Part shown: one piece after another, positions 43,700 to 54,410 of the stretch
Layout: each line of letters starts with the position of its first letter
Position numbering within the stretch: the first letter of the stretch is position 1
DNA from: Escherichia coli
GTDB taxonomy: Bacteria; Pseudomonadota; Gammaproteobacteria; Enterobacterales; Enterobacteriaceae
Length of the DNA stretch: 64,000 nucleotides
Reading direction: 5' to 3' (one strand)
NCBI RefSeq assembly: GCF_045037415.1
Contig: NZ_CP173438.1
Made by a program: the position numbers and the translations under genes
The notes under the pieces: generated by a model
Databases searched by the model: none
Told to the model about the DNA's origin: nothing
What the model saw: the letters and a program-made list of their open reading frames with translations, nothing else

Positions 43700-44458
43700 G
43701 TGGCGGCAAAAGACAGGATTCAGGCAATTAAGCAAATGGTTGCCAACGATAAAAAGGTGACAGTCTCAAATTTGAGTGGGATTTTTCAGGTAACCGAAGA
43801 AACCATTCGCCGCGATCTTGAGAAGTTGGAAGATGAAGGCTTTTTGACCAGAACCTATGGTGGTGCTGTTTTAAATACAGCGATGTTGACGGAGAATATC
43901 CATTTTTATAAGCGCGCTTCATCGTTTTATGAAGAGAAGCAGCTTATTGCACGCAAGGCACTACCCTTTGTCGACAATAAAACCACCATGGCAGCCGATT
44001 CCAGTAGTACCGTAATGGAATTGCTCAAATTGTTACAGGACCGTAGTGACCTGACGTTGCTAACCAACTCGGCGGAAGCGATTCATGTTCTGGCTCAGTC
44101 AGAAATTAAAGTCGTTTCAACGGGTGGGGAACTAAACAAAAATACACTTTCACTGCAAGGAAGAATTACTAAAGAGATCATCAGCCGCTACCATGTCGAT
44201 ATCATGGTAATGAGTTGTAAAGGTCTTGATATTAACAGCGGCGCGCTGGACTCTAATGAAGCGGAAGCTGAAATCAAAAAGACAATGATCCGTCAGGCGA
44301 CAGAAGTTGCGTTATTGGTTGATCACTCTAAGTTTGATCGCAAAGCTTTTGTCCAGTTAGCTGACTTTAGTCATATTAATTACATAATAACTGATAAATC
44401 ACCGGGTGCAGAGTGGATAGCATTTTGCAAAGACAATAATATCCAGCTGGTGTGGTAA
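43700..44458 (+). CDS. ydjF: DeoR-family transcriptional regulator
   Basis: 252-aa ORF, GTG start; MAAKDRIQAIKQMVANDKKVTVSNLSGIFQVTEETIRRDLEKLEDEGFLTRTYGGAV...; N-terminal HTH, C-terminal sugar-binding domain. Confidence 0.93.
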   Translation: MAAKDRIQAIKQMVANDKKVTVSNLSGIFQVTEETIRRDLEKLEDEGFLTRTYGGAVLNTAMLTENIHFYKRASSFYEEKQLIARKALPFVDNKTTMAADSSSTVMELLKLLQDRSDLTLLTNSAEAIHVLAQSEIKVVSTGGELNKNTLSLQGRITKEIISRYHVDIMVMSCKGLDINSGALDSNEAEAEIKKTMIRQATEVALLVDHSKFDRKAFVQLADFSHINYIITDKSPGAEWIAFCKDNNIQLVW

Positions 44459-44575
44459 TTTAAGCACACATTGTCAATATTATTTGTTCCTGCGCCTGGA
44501 AATAAAATGATGATAAAGATGCGGCAAGTGAATTTGCCGCAATTGCTACCTTTTTTAGCAAATCCGAGGCACCCA

Positions 44576-45934
44576 ATGGAACAATATGATCAAATTGGCG
44601 CAAGACTGGACCGCTTGCCTTTGGCCCGGTTTCATTATCGTATATTTGGTATAATAAGCTTTAGTCTGTTATTAACGGGGTTTTTGAGTTACTCCGGTAA
44701 TGTCGTCTTAGCAAAGCTGGTAAGCAATGGATGGTCAAATAATTTCCTCAATGCCGCCTTTACCTCGGCATTAATGTTTGGTTATTTCATCGGCTCTCTT
44801 ACCGGTGGGTTTATTGGTGACTACTTTGGGCGGCGCAGGGCGTTTCGCATAAATCTTCTCATCGTCGGTATTGCGGCAACAGGGGCCGCTTTTGTCCCTG
44901 ATATGTACTGGCTCATCTTCTTTCGCTTCCTGATGGGAACAGGAATGGGGGCGCTGATTATGGTTGGCTATGCCTCATTTACGGAGTTTATCCCCGCGAC
45001 GGTGCGTGGAAAATGGTCCGCGCGGCTCTCATTTGTTGGAAACTGGTCGCCCATGCTGTCTGCGGCGATAGGCGTGGTGGTTATCGCTTTTTTTAGTTGG
45101 CGGATAATGTTTCTGCTGGGCGGTATTGGCATACTGTTAGCCTGGTTTCTCTCAGGTAAATACTTTATTGAGTCGCCACGATGGTTGGCAGGGAAAGGGC
45201 GAATCGCAGGTGCAGAAAGCCAACTTCGTGAAGTAGAGCAGCAAATTGAAAGAGAGAAGAGTATTCGTTTACCCCCGCTTACTTTGAACCAGAGCAACAG
45301 CAAGGTTAAGGTAATCAAGGGTACCTTCTGGCTCCTGTTTAAAGGGGAAATGTTACGACGTACATTAGTCGCGATTACTGTTTTAATTGCAATGAACATT
45401 TCGCTTTATACCATCACCGTATGGATGCCGACCATATTTGTTAACTCCGGCATTGATGTCGATAAATCAATATTAATGACCGCTGTTATTATGATTGGCG
45501 CTCCGGTAGGGATATTTATTGCGGCATTAATTATTGATCATTTCCCTCGTCGATTATTTGGTTCCGCCTTACTTATTATTATTGCCGTGTTAGGCTATAT
45601 CTATTCAATTCAGACAACAGAGTGGGCGATTTTAATCTATGGCCTGGTGATGATCTTCTTTTTATACATGTATGTTTGCTTCGCGTCGGCGGTTTATATC
45701 CCGGAACTTTGGCCAACGCATTTACGCCTGCGTGGTTCGGGTTTCGTTAATGCCGTAGGACGGATCGTCGCAGTCTTCACGCCCTATGGCGTTGCGGCAT
45801 TATTAACACATTATGGGTCGATCACGGTGTTTATGGTGCTTGGTGTCATGTTAGTGCTCTGTGCGCTGGTTCTCTCCATTTTTGGCATCGAAACGCGGAA
45901 GGTGTCGCTGGAAGAGATTTCTGAGGTGAATTAA
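44576..45934 (+). CDS. ydjE: MFS transporter
   Basis: ORF 44471-45934; K-12-length product (452 aa) begins MEQYDQIGARLDRLPLARFHYRIFGIISF...; paralogous to ydjK (same N-terminal motif). Confidence 0.9.
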   Translation: MEQYDQIGARLDRLPLARFHYRIFGIISFSLLLTGFLSYSGNVVLAKLVSNGWSNNFLNAAFTSALMFGYFIGSLTGGFIGDYFGRRRAFRINLLIVGIAATGAAFVPDMYWLIFFRFLMGTGMGALIMVGYASFTEFIPATVRGKWSARLSFVGNWSPMLSAAIGVVVIAFFSWRIMFLLGGIGILLAWFLSGKYFIESPRWLAGKGRIAGAESQLREVEQQIEREKSIRLPPLTLNQSNSKVKVIKGTFWLLFKGEMLRRTLVAITVLIAMNISLYTITVWMPTIFVNSGIDVDKSILMTAVIMIGAPVGIFIAALIIDHFPRRLFGSALLIIIAVLGYIYSIQTTEWAILIYGLVMIFFLYMYVCFASAVYIPELWPTHLRLRGSGFVNAVGRIVAVFTPYGVAALLTHYGSITVFMVLGVMLVLCALVLSIFGIETRKVSLEEISEVN

Positions 45935-45984
45935 ATCTTTCGTTGATGGCGTCAATTACCAGATGTATCACTGATGTGTTTTAT

Positions 45985-46019
45985 CTGGCCTACAATGCCA
46001 GTACAGAATTGTAGGCCAG
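45985..46019. terminator. 12-bp perfect inverted repeat between convergent ydjE and pncA (CTGGCCTACAAT / ATTGTAGGCCAG)
   Basis: Stable hairpin in the 92-bp convergent gap; flanked by T-rich (upstream) and A-rich (downstream) stretches on the plus strand. Confidence 0.4.
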
Positions 46020-46026
46020 CGTAAAA

Positions 46027-46668
46027 TTACTCCTGCGTTTCTTCCCAGTCTGCCAGCGTATATAGCGTTGCCCCAGCTGCTGACATTTCCATAAACGCGT
46101 GCGCACTGTCCTGTGGCTGGATATTTACGCCACGACAACCATCGGTAATCACGTTCACCTTATAGCCTAACTGTAAAGCGTCCAGCACGGTAAACTTAAC
46201 GCAATAGTCAGTAGCCAGACCCATAACGATCAATTCATTGATTACATGAGCGCGCAACCAGTCATCGAGCGCAGTTTTCTGCCGACGACCGTTATCAAAA
46301 AAGGCACTGTAACTGTCAACTAAAGGATTTTCGCCTTTATGGAACACCGCTGCGATCGCTTTTTGCTTCAGTAACGGATGTAATTGTGCGCCTTCACTGT
46401 TCTGCACACAGTGATCGGGCCAGAAGGTTTGTGGCAAACCGTCGAGTTGGCCTGGCGTATAAGGCTCTACACCGTGCTGACTGGCAAAACTGCCGTGATT
46501 CGCCGGATGCCAGTCCTGACTGGCGATAACTGCTTCACCGCGCGACTGGCACCAGTCAATCAGGCGGTTAGCGACATCCACCGTACTGTCACCTTCCGGC
46601 ACGGCGAGCGCGCCACCAGCACAGAAATCATTTTGTAAATCGACCAGTAACAGGGCGCGAGGGGGCAT
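46027..46668 (-). CDS. pncA: nicotinamidase/pyrazinamidase
   Basis: ORF 46027-46686; K-12-length product (213 aa) begins MPPRALLLVDLQNDFCAGGALAV...; catalytic-Cys region ATDYCVKFT; AGGAG upstream. Confidence 0.94.
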   Translation of the reverse strand: MPPRALLLVDLQNDFCAGGALAVPEGDSTVDVANRLIDWCQSRGEAVIASQDWHPANHGSFASQHGVEPYTPGQLDGLPQTFWPDHCVQNSEGAQLHPLLKQKAIAAVFHKGENPLVDSYSAFFDNGRRQKTALDDWLRAHVINELIVMGLATDYCVKFTVLDALQLGYKVNVITDGCRGVNIQPQDSAHAFMEMSAAGATLYTLADWEETQE

Positions 46669-46678
46669 TGCAGTCTCC

Positions 46679-47695
46679 TTAATCATCCGGCGTCAGTTCG
46701 CCACGCAGGTTTTGGCTCATGGCCTTGCGAATGGTTTCAGTATCAAGTTTCTGGCTAAGCAGGTAATGCAGTTTGGTTAGCGTGGCTTCTACAGTCATAT
46801 CTGCACCGCCAATAACGCCGGCATGGGCGAGGGCGTTACCGGTGGCATAACCACCCATGTTCACTTTACCGGACATACATTGTGTCAGGTTGACCACCAC
46901 AATACCGCGATCGCTGGCTTCTTGTAATTCCTGCAGGAAGGCTTTGTTTTGTGGCGCATTACCCACGCCATATGAGCGCAGAATCAATGCTTTCACAGGT
47001 TGGCGCAGAAAATTGCGCACGACGTCAGCAGAAATCCCCGGATAAATCGTCACTACGCCAATTGGTTGCGGCGTGATTGGATGAACGATCAATTCCCCTT
47101 CGCCGTGCGGGGCGGGTGGCGTATTCAAACGACGAATATGGATACCTGCTTCCAGTAACGGAGGAAGGTTTGGAGAGGCAAACGCATCAAAACCATCGGC
47201 ATGGGCTTTGGTGGTTCGGTTGCCACGATACAGTCGATTATTAAAAAAGAGAGTTACTTCGTTGATAGGATAATTCGCCGCAACGTACAACGCATTCAGC
47301 AGATTAATTTGTCCGTCAGAGCGTAACTCAGCCAGCGGGATTTGTGACCCTGTCACAATGACCGGTTTACTGAGATTCTCGAGCATGAACGACAGTGCAG
47401 AGGCGGTATACGCCATCGTGTCTGTGCCGTGCAGAATGACAAAACCATCATAGTCGTCATAGTGCGCTTTAATATCTTCAGCAATATGCTGCCAGTCTTC
47501 TGGCGTCATATCAGAAGAATCCATCAATGGCGTATATTCATGAATGGTGAAATCTGGCATCTCCGGGCGATGGAATTCCGGCATCAGCGCCAGTTGGCGC
47601 TGTAGATGACCTGACACCGGAATATAACCCTGCTCGGAACGCTGCATCCCGATGGTCCCGCCCGTGTAGGCGACGTAAATTGATTTCTTTTGCAT
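46679..47695 (-). CDS. ansA: cytoplasmic L-asparaginase 1
   Basis: 338-aa ORF MQKKSIYVAYTGGTIGMQRSEQGYIPVSGHLQRQLALMPEFHRPEMP...; 10 bp upstream of pncA. Confidence 0.96.
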   Translation of the reverse strand: MQKKSIYVAYTGGTIGMQRSEQGYIPVSGHLQRQLALMPEFHRPEMPDFTIHEYTPLMDSSDMTPEDWQHIAEDIKAHYDDYDGFVILHGTDTMAYTASALSFMLENLSKPVIVTGSQIPLAELRSDGQINLLNALYVAANYPINEVTLFFNNRLYRGNRTTKAHADGFDAFASPNLPPLLEAGIHIRRLNTPPAPHGEGELIVHPITPQPIGVVTIYPGISADVVRNFLRQPVKALILRSYGVGNAPQNKAFLQELQEASDRGIVVVNLTQCMSGKVNMGGYATGNALAHAGVIGGADMTVEATLTKLHYLLSQKLDTETIRKAMSQNLRGELTPDD

Positions 47696-47826
47696 GATAT
47701 TGATATGAATGATATCGAAAGAGCAAAAGTATATACGTGAGGGGCAGCGAGCGCACCTGGATACTCTGTGGATATGAGAAAAGTCCGGCAGAACGGAGGG
47801 ATTAGTGTCCCGCCGGAGAAAAGTGG

Positions 47827-48549
47827 TTAATCCTGCAACGCATAGGTTACGGTGGTGACTACGCGTACCGTTTTATTAATCGCCGTAGGATCATCTTCAT
47901 CACTGCCACTGGCGAAGATCTGGAACACGCCTTGTGAGGCATCGCTAATTGACCCCACCTGGCTACCTGAGTCCGTTGCAAATTGTAATGCTGCGTTGCG
48001 TGCATCTTTGGTGGCGGCGGCAATCATCTCAGCGCGCAGTGCGCCAATACCATTAAAGCGATAGGCGACTTTGCTCTCAGCGATAGCGCCCTCCGTAGCG
48101 ACTTGCAGTTCGTTTAATTTCGCGACGACTTTTTCGACAGCAGCAACATTATGGGTTTTTATCGTCACTGACCCGTCTGCGTTATAGCGTGGCATTGTGG
48201 GATCATCTTTCAGATAAAAGGAATCTGTTCGCTTGCTTGTCCATTGGCCCAGGGTTATCTCTTTCTCGTTAATCCCCTGAGCATTGAGTTCGGCAACAAT
48301 TTTTTTCTGCGCGTCTTCCAGTTTCGGGAACAGTTCGCCGGGAATATTACCCTTAAAGTTAATCGCAATTGTTAATTCTGCCGTATCTGCGCGAACTTCT
48401 TTTTCAGAAAGCCCACGCACATTTACATAACGGTTATTGGTTTTTAAATGTTTAACACCATCGCCAACAAAATAACCACAGGCGCTAATCCCCAGTCCGA
48501 GGACGATAGCGGCAATTAAAGAGGGGGCCTTATTCACTGATGACTCCAT
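47827..48549 (-). CDS. predicted lipoprotein with SIMPL/DUF541-like periplasmic domain (not at this position in K-12 as I recall it)
   Basis: Open frame 47827-48639 (270 codons); most plausible start ATG 48549 gives 240 aa MESSVNKAPSLIAAIVLGLGISACGYFV... with a signal peptide and lipobox (ISA|C); C-terminal ALRAEMIAAATKDARNAALQFATDSGSQVGSISDAS resembles the SIMPL (YggE-like) fold; no strong Shine-Dalgarno seen. Confidence 0.65.
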   Translation of the reverse strand: MESSVNKAPSLIAAIVLGLGISACGYFVGDGVKHLKTNNRYVNVRGLSEKEVRADTAELTIAINFKGNIPGELFPKLEDAQKKIVAELNAQGINEKEITLGQWTSKRTDSFYLKDDPTMPRYNADGSVTIKTHNVAAVEKVVAKLNELQVATEGAIAESKVAYRFNGIGALRAEMIAAATKDARNAALQFATDSGSQVGSISDASQGVFQIFASGSDEDDPTAINKTVRVVTTVTYALQD

Positions 48550-48615
48550 ATCAGATGCTAAATGAGCAAGGGAATGTAGTGGAGAGAGGGAGTGAAAGAC
48601 AGTCCGATTCAGGAG

Positions 48616-48645
48616 TGTGGCCGACAGCATATCGGCCACATTTTT
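48616..48645 (+). terminator. canonical intrinsic-terminator-like hairpin + T5, oriented for the plus strand (TGTGGCCGA-CAGCATA-TCGGCCACA-TTTTT)
   Basis: 9-bp GC-rich stem, 7-nt loop, five T on the plus strand, 8 bp from the sppA stop; no annotated plus-strand gene upstream; in the minus direction it has an A-tract before, not a U-tract after. Confidence 0.4.
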
Positions 48646-48652
48646 GCAGGAC

Positions 48653-50509
48653 TTAACGCACGTTGGCGCAGGTCAGGCAAAACGCATAACGGTTTTGTGG
48701 GTCGTTAAACGCGGCCAGCTTGTCGCTTTCACTTTTAACGGTAGAGGCTACCGAGGCCAGCGGTGCAGGTAACATGGCCTGGAACGCATCTGGCAACATT
48801 GCCCGGACAGAACCAGACATGTTGTCCATCACTTTGTCGAAGAAGGTCGGTTCATCAACGTAGTATTCCAGATGCCACTGTTTCACTTTTGCCAGCTCTG
48901 CTGCTTTGGCGACCGCATCATCGAAATCCCCGAGACTATCGACCAGCCCGTTAGCTTTTGCATCCTGACCGGTCCAGACGTGGCCCTGGGCGATTTTATC
49001 AATCTGCTCCGGCGTTGAATGACGCGCATCAGCAACCAGCGTGATAAAGCGTTTATAGCCATTCTCAATGCTTAACTGCATCATCTGCTGCACTTCCGGC
49101 GGCAGTGCCCTGGTGATAGAAACATCCGCCAGCGGTGAAGTTGAGACACCATCAGTATGAACACCAATCGAATCCAGACTATTTTCTACGGTGGTGATCA
49201 CGCCGAAGATACCGATAGAACCGGTCAGGGTGCTGGGGTTAGCCACAATGTAATTAGCTGGTGTGGAAATCCAGTAACCACCAGATGCCGCCATGCCACC
49301 CATCGATACAACCACAGGCTTACCCGCTGCCCGGGCTGCTGCCAGTTCAGCGCGAATCACTTCAGACGCGGTAACGCTGCCGCCGGGACTATTAACACGC
49401 AGAACAATCGCTTTCACTTTCGGGTCAAGGCGAGCGTCGCGGATTTGTGCCGCAGTGGTATCACCGCCAACATTCCCCTGAGTTTCCTCGCCATCCATAA
49501 TTGCGCCATTAGCGAAGACGACACCGATACTGTCACCGGTATCTGCCGGCGTTTTCAATGCGTAATCGTAATAACTGATGGCGCGATAATTTTTATCAGT
49601 TTTACTCCAGCCGAACTCTTTGGTCAGAGTTTTTTCGATTTCGGCACTCGATGCCAGTGCATCGACCAGCTTGTTTTCCAGCGCATATTTCGCGGTATCG
49701 CCACCGGTTTTGGTTAAACCCTCAAGCAACCCTTGCGCGCCAGGGAATACCTGCTGAGCAGGGATCTGGCGGTTAGCGGCAACAGTATTCAGATAGTTTT
49801 GCCACAGCTCACCAATCCAGCGGCTGTCAGCTTCGCGGGCTGCCGGCGACATATCATCACGAATAAACGGTTCAACGGCAGATTTATACGTACCCACGCG
49901 GAACACATGGGTGGAAACTTTCAGCTTATCCAGTAACGATTTGTAGTACAGACCGTTGGTGGCAAAGCCGTGCAGATCAACCACGCCTTGCGGAGACAGC
50001 CAAATTTTATTGGCGAAACTGGCGAGATAATATTGCCCCTGGCTGTAGTTCTCGCCAACGGCATAAACCGGTTTCCCGCTGTCACGAAACTCTTTCAGAG
50101 CTTTGCCGATGTACTGCATAGACGGCTGGTCGCCGCCTGCGAAGTTTTTCAGATCCATCACAATACCGGTGATATTGCGGTCGTCCTTCGCCTGGCGAAT
50201 GGTGTTGACGATATCAAACAGTGAGTTTTCCTGAAGACGATCGGAACTGGCACCAAGCAGCTGGCGGCTTAATTTACTAAACCGCTGAGAACTGTCGGGT
50301 TTATCGACGATCACACCAGAAATGTCCAGCAGCAGTGCGCCACGACTGGCCGTTTCTTTCGAATCACCACCACTGACCTGCATCCAGATCCCCACACCAA
50401 CCAGCACGAGAAAAATAAAGAACAGGTTAAGTACCATTTCACGGACGAAATTCAGCAGACGCCACGTCCATTTAAAAAATCCGGCAATAAATCGCCAAAG
50501 GGTTCGCAT
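48653..50509 (-). CDS. sppA: signal peptide peptidase A (protease IV)
   Basis: ORF 48653-50521; K-12-length product (618 aa) begins [45 protein letters not shown]... Confidence 0.95.
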
Positions 50510-50669
50510 GTATTCTCCCAACTTAAGGTCACACCTGTTTCAGGCGCAATAGATGTGGTTATCGTAATGACCCAACCGGCACTTGTCAGCAGGAATTGCG
50601 GACTGGGCTGTAACAAAATCCACTCTCGTGTTAATTTTGTGAATAAATATCATGACAGGAGTTAATCAA

Positions 50670-51221
50670 ATGGATGCACTCGAACTATTGATCAATCGCC
50701 GTAGCGCCTCCCGCCTGGCTGAACCCGCGCCAACGGGTGAACAACTGCAAAACATCCTGCGTGCGGGTATGCGTGCGCCGGACCATAAGTCCATGCAACC
50801 GTGGCATTTCTTTGTGATTGAAGGGGAAGGGCGCGAGCGTTTCAGCGCCGTACTGGAGCAGGGGGCGATTGCTGCCGGTAGTGATAACAAAGCAATCGAC
50901 AAAGCGCGTAATGCGCCGTTCCGCGCACCGCTCATCATAACGGTGGTGGCGAAATGTGAAGAAAATCATAAAGTCCCGCGCTGGGAACAGGAAATGTCTG
51001 CGGGATGCGCGGTCATGGCGATGCAAATGGCAGCAGTTGCCCAGGGGTTTGGCGGCATCTGGCGCAGTGGTGCATTAACTGAAAGTCCGGTAGTGCGTGA
51101 AGCATTCGGTTGCCGTGAGCAGGATAAAATTGTCGGTTTTCTCTACCTCGGTACGCCGCAGTTGAAAGCATCTACGTCGATAAACGTCCCGGACCCGACG
51201 CCGTTTGTGACTTATTTCTGA
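50670..51221 (+). CDS. ydjA: nitroreductase-family protein
   Basis: ORF 50652-51221; K-12-length product (183 aa) begins [39 protein letters not shown]... Confidence 0.93.
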   Translation: MDALELLINRRSASRLAEPAPTGEQLQNILRAGMRAPDHKSMQPWHFFVIEGEGRERFSAVLEQGAIAAGSDNKAIDKARNAPFRAPLIITVVAKCEENHKVPRWEQEMSAGCAVMAMQMAAVAQGFGGIWRSGALTESPVVREAFGCREQDKIVGFLYLGTPQLKASTSINVPDPTPFVTYF

Positions 51222-51337
51222 TAATTGTCGCGAAACTGTCTGGATTGTGAGCAAAGGCGCAGGAATTCAGACACTCTCACTTATCACTTCATGGAATGAG
51301 GGTTACCATACCCGGATTGCATTGACAGGAGATGTCC

Positions 51338-52381
51338 ATGAGCGAGAACTCGATTCGTTTGACCCAATACAGCCACGGCGCTGGTTGCGGCTGTAAAATT
51401 TCCCCAAAAGTGTTGGAAACCATCCTGCACAGTGAGCAGGCGAAGTTTGTTGATCCGAATTTGCTTGTGGGTAATGAAACCCGCGACGATGCGGCGGTGT
51501 ACGATCTGGGCAATGGCACCAGCGTTATCAGTACCACCGACTTCTTTATGCCGATCGTTGATAATCCTTTCGATTTTGGCCGCATTGCGGCGACTAACGC
51601 CATCAGCGATATCTTTGCTATGGGCGGCAAACCGATTATGGCGATTGCGATCCTCGGCTGGCCGATTAACAAACTTTCCCCGGAAATTGCCCGCGAAGTG
51701 ACCGAAGGTGGACGCTATGCATGCCGTCAGGCGGGTATTGCGCTGGCTGGCGGTCACTCCATCGATGCGCCGGAGCCGATTTTTGGTCTGGCGGTAACGG
51801 GGATCGTACCGACCGAGCGGGTGAAGAAAAACAGTACCGCACAAGCCGGATGCAAACTGTTCCTGACGAAACCGCTGGGGATTGGCGTTCTTACCACGGC
51901 TGAGAAAAAATCACTGCTGAAACCAGAACATCAGGGACTGGCGACGGAAGTGATGTGCCGGATGAACATCGCAGGCGTGTCCTTTGCCAACATCGAAGGC
52001 GTAAAAGCGATGACCGACGTTACGGGTTTTGGTTTACTGGGGCATTTAAGCGAAATGTGTCAGGGCGCAGGTGTGCAGGCGCGCGTCGACTATGACGCGA
52101 TCCCGAAATTGCCGGGGGTTGAAGAGTACATTAAGTTGGGCGCAGTGCCTGGCGGCACCGAACGTAACTTTGCCAGCTACGGTCATCTGATGGGTGAAAT
52201 GCCGCGTGAAGTGCGCGATCTGCTGTGCGATCCGCAAACTTCTGGCGGTTTGCTGCTGGCGGTCATGCCGGAAGCAGAAAATGAGGTCAAAGCTACAGCC
52301 GCCGAGTTTGGCATTGAACTGACGGCGATTGGCGAACTGGTGCCAGCGCGCGGCGGTCGTGCCATGGTTGAGATCCGTTAA
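51338..52381 (+). CDS. selD: selenide, water dikinase (selenophosphate synthetase)
   Basis: ORF 51332-52381; product begins [30 protein letters not shown]... (Cys in GAGCGCK active-site loop). Confidence 0.95.
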   Translation: MSENSIRLTQYSHGAGCGCKISPKVLETILHSEQAKFVDPNLLVGNETRDDAAVYDLGNGTSVISTTDFFMPIVDNPFDFGRIAATNAISDIFAMGGKPIMAIAILGWPINKLSPEIAREVTEGGRYACRQAGIALAGGHSIDAPEPIFGLAVTGIVPTERVKKNSTAQAGCKLFLTKPLGIGVLTTAEKKSLLKPEHQGLATEVMCRMNIAGVSFANIEGVKAMTDVTGFGLLGHLSEMCQGAGVQARVDYDAIPKLPGVEEYIKLGAVPGGTERNFASYGHLMGEMPREVRDLLCDPQTSGGLLLAVMPEAENEVKATAAEFGIELTAIGELVPARGGRAMVEIR

Positions 52382-52385
52382 TTCA

Positions 52386-54341
52386 ATGCGGTTGTTTATT
52401 GCCGAAAAACCGAGTCTGGCGCGCGCCATTGCTGATGTCCTGCCTAAACCGCACCGGAAAGGCGATGGCTTTATCGAGTGCGGTAATGGTCAGGTGGTGA
52501 CCTGGTGTATCGGTCACCTGCTTGAGCAGGCGCAGCCAGACGCCTACGACAGCCGCTATGCGCGCTGGAATCTTGCGGATTTGCCAATTGTCCCGGAAAA
52601 GTGGCAATTACAGCCCCGACCCTCCGTGACTAAACAACTTAATGTCATCAAACGCTTCCTGCATGAAGCCAGCGAAATCGTTCACGCCGGAGACCCGGAT
52701 CGCGAAGGGCAACTGCTGGTGGATGAAGTGCTGGACTACCTGCAACTGGCACCGGAAAAGCGCCAGCAGGTACAGCGTTGTTTGATAAACGACTTGAACC
52801 CGCAGGCGGTTGAGCGGGCGATCGATCGTCTTCGCTCCAATAGCGAGTTTGTACCGCTGTGCGTTTCTGCACTGGCGCGGGCGCGGGCTGACTGGCTGTA
52901 CGGCATTAATATGACCCGTGCGTATACCATTCTCGGCCGCAATGCCGGTTATCAGGGTGTGCTTTCCGTGGGACGCGTGCAGACGCCCGTACTCGGACTG
53001 GTGGTGCGCCGCGACGAAGAGATTGAAAACTTCGTGGCGAAAGACTTCTTTGAAGTCAAAGCACATATCGTGACACCTGCCGATGAGCGGTTTACCGCTA
53101 TCTGGCAACCGAGCGAAGCGTGTGAACCGTACCAGGATGAAGAAGGGCGCTTGTTACATCGTCCACTGGCGGAGCATGTGGTTAACCGTATTAGTGGTCA
53201 ACCAGCTATTGTCACCAGCTATAACGATAAACGGGAATCAGAATCCGCGCCGCTGCCTTTTTCGCTTTCGGCGTTGCAGATTGAAGCGGCTAAACGTTTT
53301 GGTCTGAGCGCGCAGAACGTGCTTGATATCTGCCAGAAGCTGTACGAAACGTACAAGCTAATCACTTATCCGCGTTCCGATTGCCGCTATTTGCCAGAAG
53401 AACATTTTGCCGGACGCCACGCGGTGATGAATGCTATCAGCGTTCATGCACCGGATCTGTTGCCGCAGCCAGTGGTAGATCCAGATATACGCAACCGCTG
53501 TTGGGATGACAAAAAGGTCGATGCGCACCACGCCATCATTCCGACCGCACGGAGTTCTGCGATCAACCTGACGGAGAACGAAGCGAAGGTCTATAACCTG
53601 ATTGCCCGTCAGTACTTGATGCAGTTCTGCCCGGATGCGGTGTTCCGCAAGTGTGTTATCGAACTGGACATTGCCAAAGGCAAATTTGTCGCTAAAGCCC
53701 GTTTTCTTGCTGAAGCAGGCTGGCGCACGCTGTTAGGCAGCAAAGAGCGCGATGAAGAAAACGACGGCACGCCGCTGCCTGTGGTGGCGAAAGGCGATGA
53801 ATTGTTGTGCGAAAAAGGCGAAGTGGTAGAGCGGCAAACCCAGCCGCCGCGCCATTTTACCGATGCAACACTGCTTTCGGCGATGACCGGGATCGCGCGC
53901 TTTGTGCAGGACAAAGATCTGAAAAAGATCCTTCGTGCGACCGATGGTCTGGGGACAGAAGCAACGCGTGCCGGGATTATTGAACTGTTGTTCAAGCGGG
54001 GTTTCCTGACCAAAAAAGGGCGCTATATCCACTCCACCGACGCCGGAAAAGCGCTATTCCATTCGCTGCCAGAAATGGCGACGCGACCGGACATGACCGC
54101 GCACTGGGAATCGGTGCTGACGCAAATCAGCGAAAAGCAGTGTCGCTATCAGGACTTTATGCAGCCGCTGGTGGGGACATTGTACCAGTTGATTGATCAG
54201 GCAAAGCGCACGTCGGTAAGGCAGTTTCGGGGAATAATGGCTCCCGGCGGTGGAGAAGGGAAGAAAAAGGATTCGCCACGCAAGAGAGCGCCGAAAAAAA
54301 GCCCGCCATCAGAAGAGGCGGGCAATGGAGTGATAATATAA
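52386..54341 (+). CDS. topB: DNA topoisomerase III
   Basis: ORF 52329-54341; first ATG after selD stop at 52386 ([49 protein letters not shown]...), 651 codons; Lys-rich C-terminus. Confidence 0.94.
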   Translation: MRLFIAEKPSLARAIADVLPKPHRKGDGFIECGNGQVVTWCIGHLLEQAQPDAYDSRYARWNLADLPIVPEKWQLQPRPSVTKQLNVIKRFLHEASEIVHAGDPDREGQLLVDEVLDYLQLAPEKRQQVQRCLINDLNPQAVERAIDRLRSNSEFVPLCVSALARARADWLYGINMTRAYTILGRNAGYQGVLSVGRVQTPVLGLVVRRDEEIENFVAKDFFEVKAHIVTPADERFTAIWQPSEACEPYQDEEGRLLHRPLAEHVVNRISGQPAIVTSYNDKRESESAPLPFSLSALQIEAAKRFGLSAQNVLDICQKLYETYKLITYPRSDCRYLPEEHFAGRHAVMNAISVHAPDLLPQPVVDPDIRNRCWDDKKVDAHHAIIPTARSSAINLTENEAKVYNLIARQYLMQFCPDAVFRKCVIELDIAKGKFVAKARFLAEAGWRTLLGSKERDEENDGTPLPVVAKGDELLCEKGEVVERQTQPPRHFTDATLLSAMTGIARFVQDKDLKKILRATDGLGTEATRAGIIELLFKRGFLTKKGRYIHSTDAGKALFHSLPEMATRPDMTAHWESVLTQISEKQCRYQDFMQPLVGTLYQLIDQAKRTSVRQFRGIMAPGGGEGKKKDSPRKRAPKKSPPSEEAGNGVII

Positions 54342-54377
54342 AGGTTCTTTCAACCATCTGATACTGAAGATTTTTAT

Positions 54378-54410
54378 GGCCGGATAAGGCGTTTGCGCTG
54401 TATCCGGCAC
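54378..54410 (-). repeat. REP (repetitive extragenic palindrome) element
   Basis: Minus strand reads GCCGGATACAGCGCAAACGCCTTATCCGGCC, matching the E. coli REP family (GCCGGATGCGGCGTAAACGCCTTATCCGGCC); lies in the 76-bp gap between convergent topB and gdhA. Confidence 0.55.

Noticed and set aside
47827-48639. Using the full 270-codon frame (GTG 48639 or ATG 48630) as the start of the extra lipoprotein gene
   Set aside because: Those starts would place the first codons inside the GC-rich hairpin at 48616-48645 and give a 30-residue extension before the signal peptide; the internal ATG at 48549 gives a canonical lipoprotein precursor. The start remains uncertain because no candidate has a strong Shine-Dalgarno.
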